Source: Thermoguttaceae bacterium (GTDB lineage Bacteria > Planctomycetota > Planctomycetia > Pirellulales > Thermoguttaceae). From it: a DNA stretch of 64,000 nt. Positions 18,101-26,476 of the stretch are shown in pieces. The stretch covers positions 11,684-75,683 of the forward strand of contig JAVBQW010000029.1 of assembly GCA_031548665.1 (NCBI GenBank), given 5' to 3'. The stretch's first letter is position 1. Each line of letters opens with the position of its first letter. The notes beneath the pieces are model-generated. The model had not been told where the DNA came from and did not search any database. It saw only the letters and a list, made by a program, of their open reading frames with translations. A program made the position numbers and the translations under genes.

Positions 18101-19477
18101 AATCGCCGGATTCCAGTTCGGAATCTTGCTCCCGCCGCAAGCGTCGACGCGGTATCCGTCGATATCGTACTCTTTCACATAATACCGTGACACGTCGGCC
18201 ATGTAGTCGATCCAACTCGGCCAATTGAAATCGAAACACCAATAATCGAGCGTCGAACCGTCTTCTTCCTGCACGAGCCATTCCGGATGTTTTTTGGCCC
18301 GGTCGTTCGTATTGCTCCCGCCGTGCGGCACGTTGTCCTGGAGAACCTTCAAGCCGAGTTCGTGAGCCCGCTTCACCAAGGTTCGATATTCTTCCGCCGC
18401 TTTTTCCGGCGTCGAACCCAAGCCGTCCTGAAATTTGTAATAGTCCCGCGGATGGTAAATCGACTTGTCCTCCAGCGGCATCAACCAGATCGCGTTGCAG
18501 CCGAGTTCCTTGATCCGATCCAACAATTTCGTCGCCGGAACGAACCCGCCGAGATCCTTGCAACCGCTCCCGATGGTTCCACCGGGATGGAAACTGTACA
18601 GGATCGCCGATTCGAACCATTTCGGACGGTCCTTCGGGACAACGTGTCCGAGCCGTCGCATCAAATCGTGGATTTTGAGCAGCGCGGTTTCCGAGTCGCC
18701 GTCGACGATTTTTAAATATCCGACGCCGAGGTATTGCTTGCCCGCAAGTCCCGGCTTGACGTGTCCCTTGACGTCGAAACTCTGCGTCAGCCGCACGCCG
18801 CCGTCCCGTCGCTCGATTCCGCTGCTCGGTCTGTCGGCGTAGTCGATCAAATTGTCCGAAAGAAGGATCACGCTCTTTGTCTTGTCGAGTTGAAAGACCA
18901 GCGGAGCGGAATCCTTCCAACTTCCCTGTCGAGCCCCCTGGGGAAAATTGTCCGGCGTGAACTTTTTCGGGGGATATTGGGCCGGAACGAAAAATTCGGC
19001 GTTCGTTTCAAACGGAAAGGTCGGGTACGCCATCCAGAAATTTTTGAGCTTTGTCGGTTCCTTGCCGTTCCAAGTCAGTTCGACGTTTCGGCCGAGCGTT
19101 GCCGTGGGAATATCGACGGAATACCGAAACATTACGGTCCAGTCGCCGAGTTTGTACGTTGCGTTGACGACGGAATCCGACTCTTTTTTGATTTCGACGA
19201 GCTTCGGCGGGTTTTTGTGGAAGATCCAGTCCGCGTCCTGCATCACGTCGAAGAACTGCGGGACGACGGCGCTGTCCGGGGACTGCGCCGAGTACGGCTT
19301 CGTCCCCGGCTCTTTGAGGGAGATTATTTCGCCTTTGGAAAGAATTTCCGTGAGGACGCCGGTTCGGTCGTCAAAACGGATCGCAAAGGTTTCCGAATTG
19401 CCGAGCTCCAGGGCCGGACAAACGGAACAGGAAAAAACGAACGCCAAAAAAAGAAGATAGTGTTTCATGAACCCCAT
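15146..19477 (-). CDS. Giant secreted GH13 (alpha-amylase family) enzyme with a C-terminal CBM4/9-like module
   Basis: GH13 regions GCNAIWLMP, DGYRVDA, ILAEVNG and HVESHD. The C-terminal segment IADGGFE...TLWIDDVEIFVEQ is typical of CBM4/9. Alternative start at MKHYLL (19468). Confidence 0.85.
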   Translation of the reverse strand: MGFMKHYLLFLAFVFSCSVCPALELGNSETFAIRFDDRTGVLTEILSKGEIISLKEPGTKPYSAQSPDSAVVPQFFDVMQDADWIFHKNPPKLVEIKKESDSVVNATYKLGDWTVMFRYSVDIPTATLGRNVELTWNGKEPTKLKNFWMAYPTFPFETNAEFFVPAQYPPKKFTPDNFPQGARQGSWKDSAPLVFQLDKTKSVILLSDNLIDYADRPSSGIERRDGGVRLTQSFDVKGHVKPGLAGKQYLGVGYLKIVDGDSETALLKIHDLMRRLGHVVPKDRPKWFESAILYSFHPGGTIGSGCKDLGGFVPATKLLDRIKELGCNAIWLMPLEDKSIYHPRDYYKFQDGLGSTPEKAAEEYRTLVKRAHELGLKVLQDNVPHGGSNTNDRAKKHPEWLVQEEDGSTLDYWCFDFNWPSWIDYMADVSRYYVKEYDIDGYRVDACGGSKIPNWNPAIPYSRASHSQSQGGFNMLRAIRKAVKDQKPDGAILAEVNGSIFGAVSDAVYDFDLCYSVLQDSRKQTPEEFVKRLRRWLHEQQYSDIPDLLRLRHVESHDSLRGQLWYGVEPHRALVALTAFIHGIPLVYHEQEDGNFDDVRKIFSQRNVLPELQGGDADYLAVDVPPGVFAVLRTKGDDACIAMIDFRDKVENGTLRMPLNKLPSILKTKDAEACYVSPPWILDKISNMEIVDDHVQIKYFSPGPFGVNFIVFRKNQSEIDKLKGFKNVIGSISKATRKEEAPEQLKPEVDAIVFPLENKYTAYIDPKDGLLALCNWEKDPSLLGKADLFLPPEYLAKAEKPIIVQKDKEITVHRKFGNATLEIVYSNEGKRDYFLPCFRMTSRWTGTDIPPNAAINFSVPDSRFPHWNVLTPWDFFVEHYQPRHLTTDGVYGSIYWRPQGTNVIFDSLLTPFYPLRSNNSVSCGLLPVLLDDTPPARVRILDRIGEKKELSLLVSWTDETAPRLATEPAFTLFFGLPPTDPKDPPNPNFRRAIGGWIYENDHYRLRISRSGTITSLDRKVSNDTQRAGDGAERNPRTGNVAQSEDCAEYRSVPGSLIRQGDLYTDYGYSDKKMRYAAADDVEAACRIVQDGDVMRLRFEGQLRHNGRFDLLRPPVEYFIEYALGDDSAFDLNYGVKTSRMPTDNKGFLAAIFPMDRVETFEYFKDGKSVATGTNVDAKGRSPEYRLNEVDAAVLRSSDQSVLLRFSNVDGDAASKLFLDRKNFFVTFDDRDAVGPPNRWRSFAATVFVDDKQQSPKRQRGTNAAPLADASGSENSIIADGGFENSFGNDLVSLRTGVVLKGDRKQFGGWQTPQGGSISVSEKHSGSASAQVVGEIANYRLFAQDLDAKAFPVGSKLKLTAWVKGDKIEKGPEGWQVGCIRFAAQIGGKMQYYSSPNLLGTFDWKQIVAEFAVPEKLERLTVQVGLNGASGTLWIDDVEIFVEQ
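15661..15721. repeat. PAL-F long hairpin inside the GH13 ORF
   Basis: CAGAGCCCGACGCGTCAGCGAGGG...CCCTCGCTGACGCTTCGGGCTCTG with a 23/24 stem. Read on the minus strand as QSPKRQRGTNAAPLADASGSE. Relative at 32447-32505. Confidence 0.85.
15914..15936. repeat. PAL-G 23-mer CTCATTTAGCCGGTACTCCGGCG inside the GH13 ORF
   Basis: Identical to 37991..38013. Read on the minus strand as SPEYRLNEV. Confidence 0.9.
16311..16350. repeat. PAL-C palindrome inside the GH13 ORF
   Basis: AAAGAGCCGGGGACGGAGCGGTACTCCGCGCAGTCCTCGG. Read on the minus strand as SEDCAEYRSVPGSL. Confidence 0.85.
19276..19314. repeat. PAL-C palindrome (opposite orientation) inside the GH13 ORF
   Basis: CCGGGGACTGCGCCGAGTACGGCTTCGTCCCCGGCTCTT. 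Read on the minus strand as KEPGTKPYSAQSPD. Confidence 0.85.
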
Positions 19478-19538
19478 TTTACGGGATCCAACCGGCGGCG
19501 TCCAGCGATCCGCTTGCGTTTTAGCCGCGCAGCGCGTC

Positions 19539-20315
19539 TTAAACTCCCGGAACGACGATTTTGAGCGGCAGCGTCGGATGGTCGACGAACTGGAAGTCGA
19601 CGTGATAGATGCTCCGAAGATGTTCCGGCTCCATCAGGTATTTCGGACTGCCGTCGAAGCAAATCGAGCCGTTGGACAGGGCGATGACGTGAGTTGCGTC
19701 GAGGACCGCCCGATTGACGTCGTGAGTTACCTCGACGATCGTTTTCCTCCGTTGTTGGTTGAACGTTCGCAGAAGGTTGCCGATCTCGCGTTGATGTTTG
19801 TAATCGAGATAGGTCGTCGGCTCATCGAGGAACAGCACGTCGGCTTCCTGGGCGAGCGCCGCCGCGATTTGGACCTTTTGCCGTTCGCCGCCGCTGAGCG
19901 AGTCGACGAACCGGTCGGCAAGGTCCGTAACGCCCATCGTTTCCATGGCGTCGTCGACGATCCGTTGATCGGCTTCCGAAATCGGCGAAAACGGCTTCAG
20001 ATGCGGATACCGCCCCATTTCGACGATCTGCCGAACTTTGAACGCGAAGACCGGCTGCATCGCCTGCCGAACGTACGCAATTCGCCGGGAAAGGATTTTG
20101 CGCGGAATCCGTTTGACGGAGGTTCCGTCGAAAAAAATCTCACCGCTCCAGGAATTCAGGAGCAGGTCGATACATTTCAAGAGCGTCGTCTTTCCGGCGC
20201 CGTTCGGACCGATGATCGCAAGGTATTCCCCTTGTTCCACGTCGAACGACAGGTCGTCCAACAGGAGCCGGTCGTTGCGACGGAGAGCCAGATGGCGGAC
20301 GGAAAGCAAGGACAT
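19539..20315 (-). CDS. ABC transporter ATP-binding protein (FepC/BtuD-like), with no permease or binding protein nearby
   Basis: Walker A GPNGAGKTT, signature LSGGERQK, Walker B VLFLDEP. Start moved to MSLLSVRHL because the first ATG (20360) lies inside the PAL-A element. Confidence 0.85.
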   Translation of the reverse strand: MSLLSVRHLALRRNDRLLLDDLSFDVEQGEYLAIIGPNGAGKTTLLKCIDLLLNSWSGEIFFDGTSVKRIPRKILSRRIAYVRQAMQPVFAFKVRQIVEMGRYPHLKPFSPISEADQRIVDDAMETMGVTDLADRFVDSLSGGERQKVQIAAALAQEADVLFLDEPTTYLDYKHQREIGNLLRTFNQQRRKTIVEVTHDVNRAVLDATHVIALSNGSICFDGSPKYLMEPEHLRSIYHVDFQFVDHPTLPLKIVVPGV

Positions 20316-20355
20316 GGAAAATCTCAGAAAATCGCTTTTCTGAAAGCTAAATTCC

Positions 20356-20477
20356 GTCATCCCCGCGAAGGCGGGGACCTAGAGAACAGATTTCAATAGG
20401 CTTCTTGCACACGTTATTGACGGATGCAAACGGTCGACAACATCTTCCGTCTAGGTCCCCGCCTGCGCGGGGATGAC
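20356..20477. mobile_element. PAL-A MITE-like element, copy 2 (122 bp)
   Basis: GTCATCCCCGCGAAGGCGGGGACCTAGA...TCTAGGTCCCCGCCTGCGCGGGGATGAC. The internal part is the reverse complement of the internal part of copy 4. Confidence 0.9.
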
Positions 20478-20497
20478 GAAAAAGAGACCACACGATC

Positions 20498-23400
20498 TCA
20501 ATCGCCGCGTCGGACCATGATTTCGTCTTCCTCTTCGGCGTGGCGTTCCGCTTTTTTACGGCTGTATTCCAAGCGGGCGTTGATATGCTTCTCGCAGTAC
20601 TCGGCGAAGCCCTGCATGATCACGAAGAGGACCGGCGAGACGTACACGCCGACCATCGTTTCCATGAGCAGACCGCCGAAGACGCAGCTTCCGATCGCGT
20701 TGCGGCTGTTGGCTCCGGCGCCCGACGCGACGACCAGCGGCAGCACGCCGAGGATGAACGCGAACGACGTCATCATGATCGGCCGGAGCCGCAATCGCCC
20801 CGCTTCGTAGGCCGCCTGGACCAACGGCGTGCCGTGATGCCGCTTTTCCCGGGCGAATTCCGTGATCAGAATCGCATTCTTCGCCGAGAGACCGACCATG
20901 AGCACCAGACCGATCTGCGTGTACAGGTTGATTTCCATTTTACCGTGGACCACGCCGCTGACGACGACCGCCGTGAGCGCCCCGGCAACCCCGAGAGGAA
21001 CCGCCATCATGATGATCAGCGGCGTCGACCAGCTTTCGTACTGGGCCGCCAAAATCAGGAAGCCGAACACGATCGACAGCGCGAAGATAATAATCGTCTG
21101 GTTGCCGACCCGTTTTTCCTGGAACGACATACCGGTCCATTCATAGCTGAAGCCGTCAGGAAGCGGAATTCCTTCCATCTTCGCCATCGCCTGTCCCGTG
21201 CTTTTGTCGGGACGATTGATTCCCATGAGCGACGCGCTGGGGAACAGATTGTACCGCGTAAGGAGTTGCGGACCGGAGATTTCCTTGATCGTTACGAAGG
21301 AGCTGAGCGGAACCATCGTTCCGTTATTGTTTTTGACCTTCATCGTCAGGATGTCGCTCGGATTGTCACGGAAATCGCCGCGCGCCTGGACGTAAACGCG
21401 GAAGGTTCGACTGAACTTATTGAAGTCGTTGATATACGCCGAACCGATGTTCGTCTGGAGGGCCGCGAAAACTTCCGTCAGCGAGAGCCCCATCTTGATC
21501 GCCTTGTCGCGGTCCATATCGAGATAAAGTCGCGGCGCATTCGGATTGAACGGCGTCATCGCCATCATGATCGTTCCGACGGGGATTCCCCGGGCCGTGT
21601 CTTCGTCGTCGACGGTCGTCGCTTTGGCTTTCAGATCTTCCAACACGTTGTACATCGTTTCCGGGGTCGTTCCGCGTTCGTCGAGCAGCACGTACTGGAC
21701 GCCGGTCGTCATGCCGAGCCCCATGATCGGCGGCGGCGTGAACAGTCGGATTTCCGCTTCCGGAATCGTGTTGAACGCTTTTTCCAAACGGTCTTTGAGC
21801 GCCTGAAGTTTCAGCTCCGGCACACTGCGCTCATCCCACGGTTCGAGCGGCAGAATCGCGATGCCGAGATTGGAGCCCGCGCCGCCGAGGAACGAAAAGC
21901 CGTTGATCAGCATCCAATATTTGACGCCCTGTTTGGGTTCGCCGTACTTTTCCTTCGTCAATTTCTGTTCGTCGAGCTTGTTTTGACCGAGTAGTTGTTC
22001 CACGCGGTTGAGTACCTCGGCGGTTCGTTGCTGCGTCGCTCCTTCCGGCAGCTTGATATCGACGAAAATCACGCCCTGATCTTCGTCTGGAAGGAATCCC
22101 TTCGGCAGGAGGGTGAATCCTTGGTAGAGGACGAAGATCAAACCGCACCAAAGCAGCAGGATCAGCGGCGCGATGTAAATCATTCCCCTGACGGTCTGCA
22201 GATAAAAGGCGGCGAATCCATCGAAGAAGAAGTTGAACACGCGGAACGGAATCGCTTTGCGGTTCTTCGGAATCGACGGCCGCAGCAAGATGCCGCAGAG
22301 GGCCGGCGCCAACGTGATGCCGCAGATTCCGGAAATTCCGACCGCTCCGGCGATTGTCAACGCGAATTGTTTGTACAGTTTGCCGACGATTCCCGGCATC
22401 ATGGCGGTCGGGAGGAAAATCGCCATCATGACGAGCACCGTGGCGACGACGGGACCGAACACTTCGTTCATCGACTTCTTCGCCGCGTCGTGCGGATTGA
22501 GTTTCTCCTCGTCGATGATCCGCTGAGTGTTTTCGACGACGACGATTGCGTCGTCGACCACGATCCCGATCACGAGAATCAGGCCGAAAAGCGTCATCGT
22601 GTTGATCGAGAAGCCGAACAGGCTCATCAGGAAGAACGTTCCGACGATCGACACCGGAATCGTGAGCGTCGGAATGAGGGCCGCCCGCCAGTCTTGCAGG
22701 AAGATATACACCGTGGCGACGACGAACAACACGCAAAGGAGCAGCGTTTCGTAAAACTCGTCGACCGTTGCCCGAATGAAGCTCGTTGCGTTGAACGCGA
22801 CGTCGTAGGTCAAACCGCTTCGACGTAAACTTTCCTTGAGCGCTTCCATCGTCTTGATCGCGTCGGCGGAGACTTCCAGGGCGTTGGCTCCCGACCGCTG
22901 CGCAACCGCCATGCCGGTCGCCGTTTGTCCGTTGAAGCGGCATTCCATCGTGTAGTTCGCCGCTCCGAGTTCGATCAACGCAATGTCTTTCAACCGGAGA
23001 ATGCTGCCGTTCGGATCACGGCGCAAAATGATGTTTTCGAATTGGGAGACGTCCTCCAAACGGCCCAGCGTGACAATCGCGAGGTTCGTCTGGATTCCTT
23101 CCGGAATGGGCGGAACGCCGATTCGTCCCGAGGCGACTTGAACGTTCTGTTCGCGGATCCGGGCGTTGACTTCCTGGACGGAGATTCCCCGGGCGGCCAT
23201 CGCGTCTTCGTCGAGCCAGATTCGCATACTGAAGTCGCGGTTGTCGAACATCATGACCTGGCCGACGCCCTTGACCCGGGCGAGTCGGTCTTTGACGTAC
23301 AACGAGGCGTAGTTCGCGAGGTACGGACCGCTCTTCGTTTCCTCCGGCATGTCGGGATCGTTGGCGACTTCTTCCGCTTGTTTGGCGGCTCGTTCCAACG

Positions 23401-23911
23401 CTCCGGAGATTCCGCCCTTTTCGTGGACCGGCCCCGGTTTTCCTCCCTTGAGCGGATTGTGTCCGCCTTCGAGATATTCATGGATGTTGAGGAAGAGTAC
23501 GAAGCTGGTCGATCGTTTTTCGACCTTGATTCCCATGCGGCGAACTTCTTCGGGAAGCAGCGGTTCGGCGATCTTGACCCGGTTCTGGACGAGCACCGAG
23601 GCGATGTCCGGGTTCGTACCGACTTCGAACGACACGGTGATCGACATGGTTCCGTCGCTGGTACACGAGGTCGCCATGTACATCATGTTATCGACGCCGT
23701 TGATCTGCTGTTCCAGCGGAATCGCGACGGTGTTCGCGACGTCTTCCGCGCTGGCACCGGGATAGACCGCTTCGACCGTCACGGTCGGCGGCACGATGTC
23801 CGGAAACTGTTCGACGGGAAGCGACTGCAACGAAACGGCACCGAGCAGCGTGATCACAAGACAGATGACGCACGCGAAAATCGGTCGGTCGATGAAGAAA
23901 TGAGAAAGCAT
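20498..23911 (-). CDS. RND efflux transporter permease (AcrB/HAE1-like), 1137 aa, with no adjacent MFP or OMF genes
   Basis: N-terminus MLSHFFIDRPIFACVICLVITLLG matches the AcrB-type start. The two large periplasmic loops and the repeated 6-TM pattern are visible. An extra ~60-aa insert (EYLEGGHNPLKGGKPGPVHEKGG...) lies in the first loop. Confidence 0.9.
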   Translation of the reverse strand: MLSHFFIDRPIFACVICLVITLLGAVSLQSLPVEQFPDIVPPTVTVEAVYPGASAEDVANTVAIPLEQQINGVDNMMYMATSCTSDGTMSITVSFEVGTNPDIASVLVQNRVKIAEPLLPEEVRRMGIKVEKRSTSFVLFLNIHEYLEGGHNPLKGGKPGPVHEKGGISGALERAAKQAEEVANDPDMPEETKSGPYLANYASLYVKDRLARVKGVGQVMMFDNRDFSMRIWLDEDAMAARGISVQEVNARIREQNVQVASGRIGVPPIPEGIQTNLAIVTLGRLEDVSQFENIILRRDPNGSILRLKDIALIELGAANYTMECRFNGQTATGMAVAQRSGANALEVSADAIKTMEALKESLRRSGLTYDVAFNATSFIRATVDEFYETLLLCVLFVVATVYIFLQDWRAALIPTLTIPVSIVGTFFLMSLFGFSINTMTLFGLILVIGIVVDDAIVVVENTQRIIDEEKLNPHDAAKKSMNEVFGPVVATVLVMMAIFLPTAMMPGIVGKLYKQFALTIAGAVGISGICGITLAPALCGILLRPSIPKNRKAIPFRVFNFFFDGFAAFYLQTVRGMIYIAPLILLLWCGLIFVLYQGFTLLPKGFLPDEDQGVIFVDIKLPEGATQQRTAEVLNRVEQLLGQNKLDEQKLTKEKYGEPKQGVKYWMLINGFSFLGGAGSNLGIAILPLEPWDERSVPELKLQALKDRLEKAFNTIPEAEIRLFTPPPIMGLGMTTGVQYVLLDERGTTPETMYNVLEDLKAKATTVDDEDTARGIPVGTIMMAMTPFNPNAPRLYLDMDRDKAIKMGLSLTEVFAALQTNIGSAYINDFNKFSRTFRVYVQARGDFRDNPSDILTMKVKNNNGTMVPLSSFVTIKEISGPQLLTRYNLFPSASLMGINRPDKSTGQAMAKMEGIPLPDGFSYEWTGMSFQEKRVGNQTIIIFALSIVFGFLILAAQYESWSTPLIIMMAVPLGVAGALTAVVVSGVVHGKMEINLYTQIGLVLMVGLSAKNAILITEFAREKRHHGTPLVQAAYEAGRLRLRPIMMTSFAFILGVLPLVVASGAGANSRNAIGSCVFGGLLMETMVGVYVSPVLFVIMQGFAEYCEKHINARLEYSRKKAERHAEEEDEIMVRRGD

Positions 23912-23964
23912 ATGAAATGGGAGATATTTTGATATTTCCGTACAGATTTCGCGAAAAAACGTTC

Positions 23965-24066
23965 GTCATCCCCGCGAAGGCGGGGACCTAGACGGAAGGC
24001 GTTATTAACCGTTTGCACACTCTTAACTTGCGGCGATGCAAAGGGTTGGAAAATTTACTCTCTAGG
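23965..24066. mobile_element. PAL-A MITE-like element, copy 3, truncated in its right terminal repeat
   Basis: The full left TIR and internal region are present. The right TIR stops after TCTAGG, where the 154-bp element begins. Confidence 0.8.
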
Positions 24067-24216
24067 GCGTGTTGACACTATAACAATAGGCGAACAAGGT
24101 AAATGTCTGGGCAAAATAGGACATTGCAAGATGATCGAAAAATACTTTAATACACCGCAACACCCGGTTTTTTACTTCGGTTTTTGTCAAATCCTCGTTA
24201 GTGTCAACAGGCCCTA
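24063..24216. mobile_element. 154-bp AT-richer MITE-like element with 18-bp terminal inverted repeats
   Basis: TAGGGCGTGTTGACACTA (24063-24080) against the reverse complement of TAGTGTCAACAGGCCCTA (24199-24216), 17/18 match. The interior is clearly less GC-rich than its surroundings. Single copy in this window. Confidence 0.7.
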
Positions 24217-26383
24217 AGGGACGGGCAAAGCCATTCCATCGTCGACCGCAGCGAAGACACGGACCGATGGTACGAAATCACGAGTTTTCCGATCCGCGAC
24301 GCCGATTCCGGTGAATTGAGTCGCGTCCTCGAATTCATCCAGGATATCACCGAACGTCTTGAACAGGAAGCGGAGTTGAAACGGCGGGAAGAACAGCTTC
24401 GGTCGCTGCTGAACTCGATGACCAACAGCCTGCTCCTGCTCGACATCGTGCGTGACGAGAAAGGCAAACCGATCGATTTCGTCGTGACCGACGCCAATCC
24501 GGCCTACTGCGCGACGTTCGACACGTCGATGGATGAACTTCGCGATCGATCGTTTCTGGTTCGAGGGAATGAACGAGGCGTGCTTTCGACAGATTTCGGC
24601 GAACAATGGCGGAAAGGACTCGAACTCGCCGCGGAAGGAATCGGAGGCTCGTACCACATCGAAATCCCTAACGTTCCCACCGCGCCCTATCAGGAAGCGA
24701 TCGTGTTTCCCGCCGGAAAAAAACAAATCGGCCTGCTCCTGTACGACGAAACCTTCCGCGTTCGGTCGGACAAAAAACTGCGCATGATGCAGTTGATCAT
24801 CGACCGGATTTCGCAGCCGGTCATCTGGTTGTTCCCGAACGGAACCATCCAGTACGCCAACGATTCAGGATGCCGCGCTGACGCCCGACGGGCCCATCGG
24901 CGAAAAAATCTGGAAATTCGATCCAGCGTATTCTCTTGGCGTTTGGAAGACGCTGATTGCTGGACTTTCAACGGAAAAAGTCCAGCGATTCGATACCGTC
25001 ATGCGACGTAACGATGGAACCACCTTTCCGACCGTGGTAACGGCCAACCTGCTGGAACAGTACGGCGAGCCGTTCATCGTGGTCGGTTTCCAGGATTTGA
25101 GCGACCAGACGAAACGGATCAAGGCGGAACAAACGGCTCTCGCCAAGTCGCGGTTCCTCGATCACATGTCGCACGAGGTCCGTACGCCGCTCAACGGCAT
25201 GCTCGGTATCGCCGACCTGCTGCTCGAAACCGAATTGACGGAGAAGCAGCGTGAGTTTGTCGACATGTCCCGTGTTTCCGGACAGCAATTGCTCGCGATC
25301 GTCAACAACATCCTCGACTTCTCCGTGATCGACGAAGGAACGTTGAAACTCCAGAAAAACGAATGCGATTGGTCGAATTTGTTGGAATCCCAACTCAAGA
25401 TTTTCCGGACCTTGGCGGCTGAACGGCAAGTCGACGTGGTCTTTTCGCTGACGATCGCCCCCGGACTTCCCCGCCGGATTCTTTGCGATGAAAAAAGGCT
25501 GCGGCAAGTCCTGTTCAACCTGTTGGACAACTCGCTGAAATTCACACCGCGGGGAAACGTCGCCGTGCGCGTTACCGAAGCTCCCACGACGCCGGAGTCG
25601 TTTCGAAAAGACGACAAAGACGCCGGCGGCGGCCCGATTCACCGATTTTCCTTCGAGGTCACGGACACGGGCGTCGGCATCTCGAAGGAAAAGCTCGCCA
25701 ACTTGTTCGAAGCGTTCACCTTGGGCGACGCTTCCTTTTCGAGGAAATACGGCGGGACCGGTTTGGGATTGGCGATTTCACGCGCGCTGATCTTGAAAAT
25801 GAATGGAGAAATCATCGTCGAAAGCGAAACGGACGTCGGTTCGACCTTCCGTTTCACCTTGCCGTTCGAGGCCGCTGAGGAACGGACGCCGCCGGAAAAC
25901 GAGCCCGTCACGAAAAAGGAATCGCCGAAATCCGTCGCAGCGAAATCACCGGACGAAACACGGATTCTCGTCGTCGAAGACAATCGAATCCACCGGATCG
26001 TAACCGGCGAAATCCTCAAGAAGCCCGGATTCCTGTATGAATTCGCCGAAGATGGTCTTCAAGGTTGTGAAGCGATTGCCACGAAACCATACGATCTCGT
26101 GTTAATGGACTGCCAGATGCCCGTCATGGACGGCTTCGACGCCACGAAACGCATCCGGGCCATGGAAGCGGGCGTCGACGAATGGAAGCCGACACACCAA
26201 GGCCGGATTCCGATTATCGCCCTTACGGCTAACGCGTTACCGGGCGACGAGAAAGCCTGCTACGACGCCGGCATGGACGACTTTTGCAGTAAACCGGCCA
26301 ATGCCGTTCAATTGTTGGAAGCGATTAGTAAATGGATTCCGTTGAAAAAATCAGCGCCGGTAGAATCAGGACCGCGTCCGTAA
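24217..26383 (+). pseudogene. Hybrid sensor histidine kinase (PAS-PAS-PAS-HisKA-HATPase-REC), 5'-truncated and carrying a +1 frame break near 24865
   Basis: The frame is open from just after the 154-bp element and starts in the middle of a PAS fold (…DRWYEITSFPIRDADSGELSRVLEFIQDITER). The third PAS is split between track ORFs 24316..25011 and 25001..26383 (…PNGTIQYANDS | DAALTPDGPIGEKIWKFDP…). H-box HMSHEVRTPLNG, GGTGLGLAISRAL, and a receiver ILVVEDNRI…DLVLMDCQMPVMDG. Confidence 0.6.
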
Positions 26384-26476
26384 GGAGGCGGTCGTTTCGA
26401 CGACATCGACCGAACTCAACCGCTTCCTCACGGTCGCGGCTCCGAATTCACCCTATCGACACGAAAGACTCCAGCC

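Noticed and set aside
20424-20810. Small ORFs starting MQT(V/I)(D/N)..FRLGPRLRGDD (also 54707..54916) as a conserved peptide
   Set aside because: The shared peptide is just the translation of the PAL-A terminal repeat. Downstream sequences are unrelated and overlap real genes or intergenic DNA.
21831-22943. 370-aa alternative-frame ORF inside the RND gene
   Set aside because: Arg/Asp-rich and overlaps a clearly conserved AcrB-like frame.
24860-24875. Programmed +1 frameshift in the histidine kinase
   Set aside because: No slippery or shifty-stop context is present and the gene is also 5'-truncated. Pseudogenisation or a sequencing error is the simpler explanation.
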